Shown: positions 11,682-23,345, counted from the stretch's first letter. The stretch is 64,000 nt of DNA from Eledone cirrhosa (GCA_964016885.1 OZ024746.1:72726001-72790000), one strand, 5' to 3'. The notes: generated by a model from the sequence alone, not told the origin. A program made the numbers and translations.

Positions 11682-13144
11682 TAAACAGCTCTGACCTCAC
11701 CTCCGAAGAAAACTTGATAAATGTGGAATATATTTTTTTTATAGATACGAAGGAAATGTTCGTTAATTTTTGTGGAAATTCTTTATCTCTCCCTAATTTC
11801 TTGATAGATAAGAGAGAAAAAAAAATAAATGGTGAGAACGACAGAAATAATTTTAATGGCCACTGGAGACGATGACTAAGATTGTCTAACTGAATGCTAC
11901 TTATTTTTCGAGTTCAAATCCAGCCCGAGTTAGCTTTTTCCCAGGTGACAAAATAAGTATCCCATTATATACTATTGTCGAGGCAATCGATTACACCTCA
12001 CTTCTATTCAGAATGTGAATACAGTGTTGGCCGAAAAATCACCATTTATATAATAAATATGATTTACAAAAGAAATAAAAATTTTATTAAAAATAAACGG
12101 GAGAAAACATCACACCACGACAGAAATGCTGATGGTTACCTCTAAATTTTTTTGAGGCAAGCCATAAGGCATAGGAATACGCAAACACCGACACGAACAT
12201 CACCTTATACTTCAGTAAGACAAGCCGCCAACAATGACAAAAATTTCGTTGTTAGCAGCTCCCAAGTGTATCCAAATTCACAGCGTAAAAAATGTAGATT
12301 ACCGATAAATCACAGTATCTCAGAAGTTTATTCTGTTTAGCTAGGGATGTATTGGCCTAAACAGTATCTTGAACGTATTCATTACGATCCTTATCATTAT
12401 GAGTTCAAATCCTGCTAGTGTCTAGTTTCCTTTTCATTCTGCTGGAGTCAATAAAATAAATAGCCAAACGTGTAATTTAACAACATTGAAGTATCGTTTC
12501 TAAGCGCTCTGAAAAAAGTACAAACGTTAGATTTTCTCCTTTCATAAATTTAGAACTGTCCATCTATCTCCAGTCAAATCTGATTACCTTTATATATGTA
12601 TGTATGTGTATGTTTTTTATATATGTATGCATGTGTATGTTTATACAGATAAGCATGGGTTTTCCGGCAACCTATTTAAAATATCAGCCAAATTTCCATC
12701 AAACCAAAAAAGAGTAAATAATGTGGTCATTCATACACAATCTGAAAGAAATACACGGAATTGTCATGGAGTGATAAATAAGAGATGACATGAGGGTTAA
12801 ACAACTCTTAGTTCAGTTTAAGAAATAGCAGTTAAATGTCTCTTGAATCATAAAAAATGCAAGGGTACAGGGATGGTCACAATAAAATGTATTCATCATA
12901 GTTCTACTCCCGGGACTGAACTGAAATTGAGAAAGAACAACAATGGTACATTTACAGTCAACTCAACAGGGTAAAAATAGCAGCGAAATTTCTCTTAGAT
13001 CTCACCCTGCTATCATCAAGAAGAAAGAAAATGCTGGATGGTATAGTCATACATAGGCTGTTAATAAAAATGGAATGGGCACCACTGAAACACCTTTCAT
13101 CATAGGTATATTCGATCAGAGCTAACCTAGGGTTAAGTTATATA

Positions 13145-13800
13145 TAATAGGATAAAGTAGTATAGTTAATGTGAAGCACTGTGAGATATATAATAAAAAC
13201 CCAATAAGTTTCAAAAAGCTGGTACAATGCGGTAGAAATATATAAAGGGCAAAGGAAGACAAATAAAACAAAGTAATGTTTTACCCAATAAAATTCAACA
13301 TGATATTTCAGGGTTAAACCCTCTTTTCAGGGTTAAACCAGAAATGGTTCAAAACAAACACAAACAATTGGTGTTCTTCCTTAACTGCTCAATGTGTCTG
13401 AAATACCCGTATGAAGTCGTTATAGTAGCCAATCTGCATTGTGCATTTCCAATCTGTTATTTATATGGGTTTTTTTTTCTGGTTGATGATAATGGCCTTT
13501 TTGATCCTTAAATTGCCAACAGTCCTTTCCATTGCCTCTGTGGTGACTTCAATGTCATGGCTGCAGCATGTCAAGATGTTTTTTAACAGAAGTTCTCGTC
13601 ATCATGTACTCCGTAATCCATATGTGCAGCATCAGGATGGTACTTCTGATGTATGAGGAGCTACATTTTTACATGTGACCTTGTAGACCATATACACTTT
13701 CATGCACACTTTGTTTTTTGTTTTATTTGTCATATTTTGCCCTTTATATAGTTATACTGCATTGTACTGGCTTTTTGAAATTTATCGGCCTTTTATCATA
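13145..13800 (-). mobile_element. 5'-truncated Penelope-like retroelement with GIY-YIG remnant, hammerhead and inverted partial pLTR
   Basis: Minus strand 13700-13455 reads (frameshifted) VYKVTCK..SSYIRSTI..LHI..KHL..NLRIKKAIII..KP.INNR, the PLE GIY-YIG signature. Hammerhead-like CTGAAAA-GAGGGTTTAACCCT-GAAA at about 13337-13294. Inverted repeat of about 85 bp at 13189-13273/13710-13800. (TA)n flanks. Confidence 0.8.
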
Positions 13801-13881
13801 TATATAATAGGAATTTAGATCGATATAATGGTAGATGTATAGAAGCCTCTGCAATGTATGTATGTGTGTATATATATATAT

Positions 13882-14219
13882 AAAATTTAGCATGACAAAG
13901 TTTCACATAAATGTTTTTATTATCAACCAATTACGTAGGTTTCACAGATGATTGGCTCAATGTCCATGTTAGATGTGCTTAATATGTAATTTGGTTTCAG
14001 CTGAATCATCCTGCCTGATCAATCCTGGAGTCGGGTCTATAAAATCAACATGGACCGTGAGCCATTCATCTGTGAAATATGTGTAATTGGTTGATAATCA
14101 ATAAAACATTCATGTGAAACTTCATCATATTAAACATATATATACACTCTGCTTTAGCATCAAGTGCTTGTATTAATACTACCTCCAGTAATCCACAAAA
14201 TTATTAAATAACTTAAACT
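13882..14219 (+). mobile_element. Penelope-like fold-back element, family E
   Basis: Imperfect inverted repeat about 13883-13970/14046-14135, decayed hammerhead (GAGCCATTCATCTGTGAAATATGTGTA), tail with CACT...AAGTGCT. A second partial copy lies at about 18995-19135. Confidence 0.6.
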
Positions 14220-14232
14220 ATATATATATATA

Positions 14233-14486
14233 TAGAAATTATATAGAAGACTCCAAACCTCGGAAGAAACAATTGTAAGCGAATAAATGATTTGAACAGA
14301 ACTTTGATTCATGTAATTTCTATATAACTGGTCTGTAGAACAACTGATGTTATTACATTGAGCTATTTATCTTACTGGTAATAAGGTAGTAATAAATTAC
14401 TGTCTTTCACTGTTTAGGGTTTAAAATATATATAACTATAAAAGGTTTTAGTATATACATAACCATAAATAGTATCCTTAATACTA
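14233..14486 (+). mobile_element. Penelope-like pLTR fragment, family F copy 1
   Basis: About 250 bp nearly identical to 49877-50121, with a truncated hammerhead (GAAGACTCCAAACC...GAAACAATTGTAAGC) and (TA)n flanks. Confidence 0.7.
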
Positions 14487-14500
14487 TATATATATATATA

Positions 14501-14910
14501 TATACGATATTAACAAATGGAAACTATATTTATAAAACCATATCTATTTTATTATACATATTTCAAGGATACCATGTTAAATTATGGTATGCTTTCCTCA
14601 GACAAAATACAATATATACCAGTTTTATAAATAAATATTGACATACCCTTTCAAAAGTAACAGTAGCATTTTGAAAGGGTATGTCAATATATATTTATAA
14701 AACTGGTATATATTGTATTTTGTCTGAGGAAAGCATACCATAATTTAACATGGTATCCTTGAAATATGTATAATAAAATAGATATGGTTTTATAAATATA
14801 GTTTCCATTTGTTAATATCGTATATTTACTCCAAATACTTGTCGAGTGATTTATATCAGTTATAAAAATATTTGCTTGTTGTATCCCAACAATTTAAATA
14901 GAACTTTTGC
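14501..14910 (+). mobile_element. Penelope-like fold-back element, family A copy 2
   Basis: Near-perfect inverted repeat 14501-14656/14669-14824, tail to 14910. Hammerhead CTGAGGA 14724-14730, stem II ATACCAT/ATGGTAT, GAAA 14761-14764, mirrored on the minus strand. (TA)n flanks. Confidence 0.85.
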
Positions 14911-14932
14911 ATATATATATATATATATATAT

Positions 14933-15702
14933 AAAATGCACACAATGCAGATCCTGGGTACACAAGAGATGTAGTGGGATAGCAGGCAAACTAACAGGTA
15001 GGGAGAAATATGTATGCAGTAGATGTACAGGGAAATTAGACAGTAGAAGTCGCACTGATAGACACATTTTTCAAATGCAAGAGAGCGCTATAGAAGTGGT
15101 GGATAGCTTCTGGTACCTAGGAGATCAGATTAGCATGGGAGGAGGGTGTTCCGAGGCCATAGTATCTAGAATAAGGACGGGTTGGAAGAAGTTTAGGGAG
15201 CTGCTTCCTCTGTTGACGAAGAAGGGTTTCTCCCTGCGTACGAAAGGCCGGTTGTATGATGCCTGTGTGAGGAGCGCGATGCTGCATGGTAGTGAGACAT
15301 GGGCAGCAACTGCAGAGGATATCCGACGACTGGAGAGAAATGAGGCAAGCATGCTCTGTTGGATGTGCGTGAACGGCCCAGCATAAATGTGTTGAGAGAG
15401 AAACTGTGTCTGAGAGGGATAGAATGTAGTGTACGGGAGAGGAGACTGAGGTGGTATGGACATGTGATGCGCATGGAGGATGACCGATGGGTGAAGAAGT
15501 GCCAGGAATTGCCAGTTGAAGGAAGACGTGGTAGAGGTAGACCACGAAAAACATGGGCGGAGGTGGTGAGAACAGACCTCAGATCATTGAAGCTCACGGT
15601 GGAGATGACGAGGGACCGTGACGAGTGGAGAGATGCTGTGCTGAATAAGACCCGTCCCACCCTTGCAAGCAGGGAAAAGCGGACGTAAAAATGATGATGA
15701 TG
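14933..15702 (+). mobile_element. RTE-clade LINE, 5'-truncated 3' end
   Basis: CTQCRSWVHKRCSG zinc finger, MLHGSETW, RLRWYGHVMRM, GRPRKTW, and a (GAT)n tail. Confidence 0.9.
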
Positions 15703-15716
15703 TATACACATATATA

Positions 15717-16056
15717 ATGGAGGCACATGGCTTAGTGGTTAGAGCATTGGCCTTGCAATCGAAAGGTTGTGAGTTCAATTCTCAGACCGGGTGATGTGTT
15801 GTTTCCTTGAGCAAGACACTTTATTTCACATTGCTCCAGTTTACTCAGCTGTAGAAATGAGATGATAGGGACTGGGGTCCCTATCATTCCACTGCAAAGT
15901 GGAGGTGCCACGACAAAAAAGCACCCAGCACTCACTATAAATGAGGTTGGTGTTAGGAAGGGCATCCAGCTGTAGAAATCAAGCCAGAATCAGTTCCCGT
16001 CCCACCCTTGCAAGCAGGGAAGAAGCGGACGTAAAATGAAATGATGATGATGAAAT
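15717..16056 (+). mobile_element. tRNA-derived CORE-type SINE with RTE-like tail
   Basis: A box TGGCTTAGTGG, B box GAGTTCAATTC, CORE-like CCTTGAGCAAGACACTT...CTGTAGAAATG, 3' end shared with the neighbouring RTE LINE, (GAT)n tail. Confidence 0.9.
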
Positions 16057-16059
16057 GAT

Positions 16060-16403
16060 CATTCATCATCATCATTTCATTTTACGTCCGCTTTTTCCCT
16101 GCTTGCAAGGGTGGGACGGGAACTGATTCTGGCTTGATTTCTACAGCTGGATGCCCTTCCTAACACCAACCTCATTTACAGTGAGTGCTGGGTGCTTTTT
16201 TGCCGTGGCACCACCACGACCACTTTGCAGTGGAATGATATGGACCCAGTCCCTATCATCTCATTTCTACAGCTGAGTAAACTGGAGCAATGTGAAATAA
16301 AGTGTCTTGCTCAAGGAAACAACACATCACCCGGTCTGAGAATTGAACTCACAACCTTTCGATTGCAAGGCCAATGCTCTAACCACTAAGCTATGTGCCT
16401 CCA
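16060..16403 (-). mobile_element. Same SINE family, inverted tail-to-tail copy
   Basis: Reverse complement of 15717-16056 with only a few differences. Confidence 0.9.
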
Positions 16404-16409
16404 TAAGGA

Positions 16410-17192
16410 TATGAATGAAAAATAGCAAGCTGTGTTGTTGCAAATAGGATATATATAATAAATGAAGAATTAGAAATAGAAACCAGGAATATCCATCATC
16501 AGTGGTCTACTAGCCATCATAGGTATTTCTTTGCATTACAGACCATATACCTCAAGCTAGGGCGATACAATAACTAAATTAAGTTATTGGGATAAAAAGA
16601 GTTGGGTGGAAAAAGAGAGACAGGTAAACAAGCACGAATGGTGAGGCAACATAAAGAGAGGACGAAATGAGAAAATCAAGTCAATAATTCATTTTGAACA
16701 TAAGAACTTGCGACTATTGACGAGAAGGCAAAGACACATCTTGGCCGTGCGGATGTGAGCGAGGAAAGAATCTCGTACGGTGTGGGGCGATGGAAGAAGT
16801 GAGAGAGAGGGTGAGTGAAAGTGTGAGGAAGAGGCTAGCCGAGAGAGAGTGAGTGAAAGTAAGAGGGAGAAGGGGGAAAGAGAAAGAGGATAGCAGTAAG
16901 GGAAGAGAAAAAGACAGGTCACAGCGAAGAGGTAAGCATATATGAATGAAAAATGGCGAGCTGTGTTGTTGCAAATAGGATATATATAACAAATGAAGAA
17001 TTAGAAATAGAAGCCTGGAATATCCGTCATCAGTGGTCTACTAGCCATCATAGGTATTTCTTCGCATTACAGACCATATACCTCAAGCTAGGGCAATACA
17101 ATAACTAAAGAGTTGGGTGGAGAAAGAGAGACAGGTAAACAAACACAAATGGTGAGGCAACGTAAAGAGAAGAAAATCAAGTCAATAATTCA
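16410..17192. repeat. Partial tandem duplication, period about 530 bp
   Basis: 16410-16691 is repeated at about 16940-17192 with small deletions; a purine-rich segment lies between. Confidence 0.8.
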
Positions 17193-17208
17193 TATATATA
17201 TATATATA

Positions 17209-18468
17209 TGGAAGCATGGACTAGAATCAAAAGGCCTTAAAATTAACTTGTCTAAGACTAAAGTTCTAGTATGTAGGAAGGTAAATAGGGCACTGGTCCC
17301 CTCTGGGAAATGGCCATGCTCAGTGTGTAGGAAAGGAGTAGACAGAAACTCCATTTTATATCCCAAATGCAAAGTATGAGTGCATAAAAGATGTAGAGGG
17401 ATAACAGGTAAGCTAACTAAGAACATAGATTTTATATGTGGCCGGTGCTCAGGTGCAATAAGTAGTAGCAAGTGCCCACAGGATACTAGCTCCTTCCATT
17501 GCCCAGATGGTTCTATAGAAATAGTGGACACCCTCCGTTACCTGGGTGACAAAATCAGCAGTGGCGAAGGGTGCTCTGAATTTACAGTAGCCAGAATCAG
17601 AACGAGATGGAAAAAGTTCAGAGAGCTTATACCACTATTGGCTGCTAAAGGTTTCTCTCTAAAAATGTATGATGCCTGCATATGAACAGCAATGTTACAT
17701 GGCAGTGAGACATGGGCATTGTGTGCAGAGGATCTGCGCAGACTGAAGAGGAACGAAGCTTGCATGCTCCGTTGGATGTGTAATAGTAATATACGTGAAC
17801 GGCAAAGCATAAATGAACTAAGTGAGAAATTAGGAATAAGAGGGATCAGATGCTGTTTACTCGAGAGAAGACTATGTTGATATGGTCACGTGATGCGCAT
17901 GAAAGACAACAGCTATATAAAAAAGTGCAGGGTGATCAAAATAGATGCAACCTACGGAGTAGGCAGACCCAGAGAAACCTGGGACACCTTGATAAATTCC
18001 GACCTTACACACTTACTCCAAGACAATGTCACTGGACCGAGATCTTTGGCGCTATGCAGTAATACAGAAGACCCACTTTGCCTAAGTACAAAGCGAAACC
18101 TACAGTCCATAGGCACCTCTTAACAAAAATACACCCCCGTCCCACTACCCCCACTTCATCCACACCACCTCTTTCGATGTAAAGTTATGTTGGTACCACA
18201 ACATCCAGTCCGAAATAAATGAGGTCGTGTAGGTGTCACGACAAAAAAACACACAGGCCACGCTGTAATGTGGCCGTGTAGGTAACACGGTAAAAACCTC
18301 CCAGTCTACACTGTAAACGTGGTTGGTGTTAGGAAGGGCATCCAGCCATAGAAAACCTGCCAGACAGTCCTATACGAGCAAGACAACTAATCTTGCCTCA
18401 CGTGGGACAATTCCCGTCTAAACCCATGCTAGCGTGGAAGATAGACGTTAAACGATGATGATGATGAT
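17209..18468 (+). mobile_element. RTE-clade LINE, degenerate 3' part with 3'UTR
   Basis: WKHGLESKGLKINLSKTK, WPCSVCRKGV, MLHGSETW, GRPRETW, several stops, (GAT)n tail. Confidence 0.9.
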
Positions 18469-18979
18469 ATAAAAATAACAAAATAAGATGCTGAGGTTAC
18501 ATAAATCATTTAATCATTATAATTATTTCCACGATTCTCCATGCAATCGAGAAGTCTTTCATGCATTTGTTGTTGTTATGAGAACGATATTCTCAGATGA
18601 TATCCGATTTATTTGATATGCCGCCGGCAGGAAAAAACGTCCTATTGCTTGTGTGCCCAGCAGACATATGCGGTGTACTCGGCAGACATATGTCTGCCGG
18701 TCACACGAGCAATAGGACATGTGTTTTTTACTGCCGGCGGAATATCAAATAAATCGGATATCATCTGAGAATACCGTTCTCATAACAACAACAAATGCAT
18801 GTAGAACTTCTCGATTACATGGAGAACTGTGGAAATAATTAAAAGGATTAAACGATTTATGTAACCTCAGCATCTTATTTTGTTATTTTTATAAAAATCT
18901 CCATCGTAACTAAAAACTGCGATTGTTGAGAGCTTTCTCCTGCTTGCTCCCGTTTTTACCAAAACAATCTCTTCTGAAC
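18469..18979 (+). mobile_element. Large fold-back element with tail (family H)
   Basis: Inverted repeat about 18469-18670/18688-18893 (about 200-bp arms, some mismatches), 85-bp tail with CTC...GAGAGCT, ending in (TA)n. No canonical hammerhead core was seen. Confidence 0.65.
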
Positions 18980-19989
18980 ATATATATATATATAAGGGAT
19001 CTTGAGCCAATCATCTGTGAAACATACGTAACAGGTTGATAATCAATAAAACATGTTAACAAAACTGTTTTTTCTTAATACATACACTCTACCTGTGCAT
19101 TGAATGCTCCTATTGGTATCACCGCCAAAAAATCATAGAATCATCATCATCATCACTGTTTAATGTCCATTTTTCCATGCTTGCATGGGTCAAACAAGTC
19201 ATCCACATTGAGAGACAAGTTTGGCCAGGATTGGCCACACCATACTTTGCTCTGACGAGCCTAAATTTGGCTGTGGTTTTTACAGCTGGATACCATTCGT
19301 AATACCAATCATCATCATCCTCATTTAAAATCTGTTTTCCATACTAGTAAGGATTGGATGGGTCTTCACAGGCCAAATCAGTACTCAAGCAGGGCGATTG
19401 ACCTCTCATTTGGGTCAGGAACCTGCATCTTGTCTACATACAATTCCACACTCTACTGAAGGCATTTTATCATGATACCAACACTAAGGAGGTTGTTATT
19501 TCTTTGACACAGCTAAAGGGTCCTCCTGTCCCTTTGTTTGGCAGGTTTTCTATGACAAGATACCTTTGATACAACTGAAGAGTCCTTCCGACTCTTTGTT
19601 TGGCAAGGTTTCTATGGTTAGATGCCCTTCCCATCACCAACCACCTTACAGCATGTTCAGGGTGCATTTATCATGAAGATCACTAACAATAGAGAAGTTG
19701 ATGTGGTGTTGGTACAACTGAAGTATCTTCTCAACTCTTATTGGCATGGTTTCAACAGCCGGGTCTAACCACCTTATAGGGTGTACTGGGTAAATTTTTC
19801 ATGGCACCAGCACTAGAGAGATTGTAGGTCATTTTGTGATGTGCTGAAAAGAAAGATAAGTATGATGTTATGTGTATATGACAAGTGTGGTAGGATCTGG
19901 CAAGATGATGAATAGGAGGGAAGGGTAGTCTTCTAGTAGTATGATGTGGGGTACACACTAATGTGTCAGAATTTTAAAGAGGGGTATAG

Positions 19990-20777
19990 TGATGGTGAGA
20001 ATAACTACTAAGGAGTGTTAGTAGAGGTGGAGACATGTGGATGGGTCAAGCCATATTTTATGCTGGTCAATAGGTACTCTCCAGATAGCATGTTGCCAAT
20101 TCTCATGGTCCTTTGACATCTCTGTTGTGAGGTTCCACTTCTTAAGGTCACTCTTCCCTACCTCATCCCTAATCTTTCTGGGCCTGCTTCTTCCACAAAG
20201 CCCACCCACTGAGATTTCTCTGCACTTCTTTATACAGCTGTCATTTTCCATAGACATCACATGTCCATACCAACGCAATCTTCTCTATTACACACACCAT
20301 CCAATTCCTCTTATGCTAAGTTTTTCTCTCAGCTTCCTTATACTATGCTGTTCGTGTACACTAACATTACAAATTCATTGGCACATACTCACTTCATTTC
20401 CTTCTAGTCTCCTCAGCTCTTCTGCAGTCAAGGCCCATATCTCATTTCCATGTAGCATGGCATCACACACAAGCATCATACAGTCAACCCTTCACTTTGA
20501 GAGAGAAGCCCTTTGTTGTCAGGAGTGGCATCAACACCCTAAACTTCTTCTAGCCTGTCTTTACTCTGGCTATCATACTCTCAGAACATCCTCTTCCACT
20601 GCTAATTTGGTCACCTAGGAAATAACAGCTGTTAACAACTTCTAAGGAGCATCCCTGGCAACCAAGGGAATCTATATTATATGTGCTTTTAGTGCTTACT
20701 TCTCCTGTACATCTGCCAAAAAGAAAGTTTATCTTCCCTTTTAACCTACCTCTAATCCTACTACATCTCTTGTACAT
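19990..20777 (-). mobile_element. Degenerate RTE LINE fragment, with further LINE/SINE 3' tails at about 19140-19810
   Basis: RWYGHVMSME, RPRKIRDEV, LGDQISSGRGCSES. Confidence 0.85.
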
Positions 20778-21121
20778 CTATATATTATATTGTGTGCCCC
20801 CTATGCAATTTCTCCTTCCCCCTTTTCAACTTATCAAGCAAGACCACTTTCCCCTGATGGCATCAGCTTCCTGTCCTCTTTCTTACTTTGGTCTAATCAG
20901 GTGGCTGGTTTCCTGAAGTTTGTGTTGAAGATGGTTAGGTCAAGAGCATCACAGAACTCTAAAAGCCTAAAGCTCTCCTCATTTCTTATTCTATACTCAT
21001 AGCTTCAATGCAAACTGGGAAAGCTCTCATGGTGAATTCCAACATCTCCATTAGAGTCACCAGCTGTAATAATAGTGGGCACATAGAGAGATAGATAGAT
21101 TGGACAATAGATAGATAGATA

Positions 21122-21760
21122 TATTTCTTTATTAGCCACAGGGGCACAAAAGAAGGGGACAAATACAAAGGGGGAAGTTTACATACAATAAAAACGTGTA
21201 AAATGTTATCACAGATGGAATTTAAAAAGTTAGTCGATTTTCCCCAATAGAGGGAGACAGTTTATATGGTTAACACATACCCCCGAAAAAAAATGTGCAA
21301 CCCTCATCTCCAGGAGTACGAAGAGTTTGTACTCCCTTCCTCTCCTCCTCCTTTTCCTCAACCTACAGGCTGATATAGAGAGAAGGCCCATTCACTCGGG
21401 CCATTCTCGCCACTTTCACCCACCTTTCATAAAACTTGCTGGGGTACAGCACCTCTCTCTCCATCCTGATTCTTCTTCCAAAGTGGTATTTGAAAAAAAG
21501 AATCAGTTGTTGGCCGGAGAGAAAGGTGTCTGACCTCAGCCCTTTCAACCTTGTCCACCATACAACCTCTTTCGCCATAGCTATCACACAAAGGAAAACC
21601 GCCTCTCCTTCGTTTTTGAAGGAGGGTGGCGGTTTGATCATGACAATGGACTCGGTGGTCAACTGGACTGGTCCCACCCGCGACAATAGTCGTTCTACAT
21701 AGCCCCACAGGTCAGTGACGCCCGGGCAGTGTATGAATGCGTGCGCGACGGTTTCTTCAG
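21122..21760 (-). mobile_element. L1/Tx1-clade LINE 3' end
   Basis: ETVAHAFIHC..LW (zf-RVT type) and AKEVVWWTR C-terminal motifs, 3'UTR ending AATAAAGAAATA, embedded in (GATA)n. The same 3'UTR occurs at about 37200-37325 (+). Confidence 0.8.
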
Positions 21761-22124
21761 ATAGACAAATAGACATGTGCATGCACATAGGAATGTCCCT
21801 TTTGACAGCAGCAGCTATTATCAGATATGAGATCGGACATAATTCTATATCAGACAGCAGATTCTATAAAGTTATCATATCACGAGATAAAAAGTATATT
21901 AATAATATCCAGTAATGCACACAGTATGATATGATAAATGAACAAACAACAGTATTACAACAAAGAAATAAAAATTCCAGCTTTGACCTCAATTATATTT
22001 GGCAACGTTCAGTGTAAGAGAGAAGTAGATGGTTTATTAGTGTGAAAAAATGTGGGTTGCAAATATATTAATATGGTATTACACAAGTGAGGTGTGGCAA
22101 CCATTTTCAAAACCTTGCACACAC

Positions 22125-22476
22125 ATCATCATTTCATCATCATTTCATTTCATTTTACGTCCGCTTTTTCCCTGCTTGCAAGGGTGAGACGGGAACTGAT
22201 TCTGGCTTGATTTCTACAGCTGGATGCCCTTCCTAATACCAACCTCATTTACAGTGAGTGGTGGGTGCTTTTTTGCCGTGGCACCTCCACGACCACTTTG
22301 CAGTGGTATGATAGGGACCCAGTCCTTATCATCTCATTTCTACAGCTGAGTAAACTGGAGCAATGTGAAATAAAGTGTCTTGCTCAAGGAAACAACACAT
22401 CACCCGATCTGAGAATTGAACTCACAACCTTTCGATTGCAAGGCCAATGCTCTAACCACTAAGCCATGTGCCTCCA
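22125..22476 (-). mobile_element. CORE-type tRNA SINE, full-length
   Basis: Near-identical to 16060-16403. Confidence 0.9.
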
Positions 22477-22574
22477 TAAGTTTAATAAGACCCCCTATGT
22501 GTAGACGTTGGCCGCGATCGACCCCCGACCAGTATCTCAGCAGACTCAACGCACTGTACCACTTGATACACCAA

Positions 22575-22578
<4 letters not shown>

Positions 22579-22654
<76 letters not shown>
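22579..22654. repeat. (TA)n microsatellite, one of many in the window
   Basis: About 75 bp of pure TA. Confidence 0.95.
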
Positions 22655-22657
<3 letters not shown>

Positions 22658-22837
22658 TCATCATCGTTTTACATTCATCTTCCATGCTAGCATGGGTTAG
22701 ACGGGTTTGTCCTATTTAGAGGCAAGTTAGGTTGGGTTGCCGTGTCTCGCTTTTATAGGACTGTTTCTGGCGGGTTTTCTACGGCTGGATGCCCTTCCTA
22801 GCGCTAACCACATTTACAGTGTGTGCTGGGTGCTTTT

Positions 22838-23345
22838 TGTCAGTGTTGAACAAAAAGGTGACGTGGTTGCCTAGACACTGTAAGGCGTAATTCAGGCTGT
22901 TTGTTTGTTTACAAACAAACCAAGCATTATAATAAATGTTCGGTAAACCGATACGTGCATATATATATGTGTGCATGTATGTGTATATATACATACTACT
23001 GTACGTCTGTATACATATATGTATATACATATACATACATACATACTTACATTTAAGTAACTGCCGTACTAAGTGTGAGAAACGAAATTTCGTTTCATTC
23101 TATTCCATTTATCGTTTTCGGTGTGCCCGGCCGATTAAACTCACTCGATATGCAAATTAGGCTGCTCAGCCGTTAATATGCATAAGGAAAGTATATACCT
23201 TCAGACGTTCAACCATCTGGCAGGAAGGTATACGATGCTGACGATAGCTAATAAGCTTGAAACTAGTACATTGTTTCTGTGTCAGTGTTGAACAAAAAGG
23301 TGACGTGGTTGCCTAGACACTGTACGGTGTAATTCGGGCTGTTTT
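22838..23345 (+). mobile_element. Retrozyme-like non-autonomous element: 441-bp monomer plus about 65-bp terminal direct repeat
   Basis: TGTCAGTGTTGAACAAAAAGGTGACGTGGTTGCCTAGACACTGTA...GGCTGTTT at 22838 and 23279, with a hammerhead immediately before the second repeat. No coding capacity. Confidence 0.75.
23232..23274 (+). ncRNA. Minimal type I hammerhead ribozyme
   Basis: Stem I ACGATG/CATTGT, CTGACGA 23238-23244, stem II AGCT-AATA-AGCT, GAAA 23259-23262, palindromic stem III CTAG, GUA cleavage triplet ending at 23268. Confidence 0.85.

Noticed and set aside
15717-15795. tRNA gene
   Set aside because: It has A/B boxes but runs into a SINE body and occurs in several copies; it is a SINE head.
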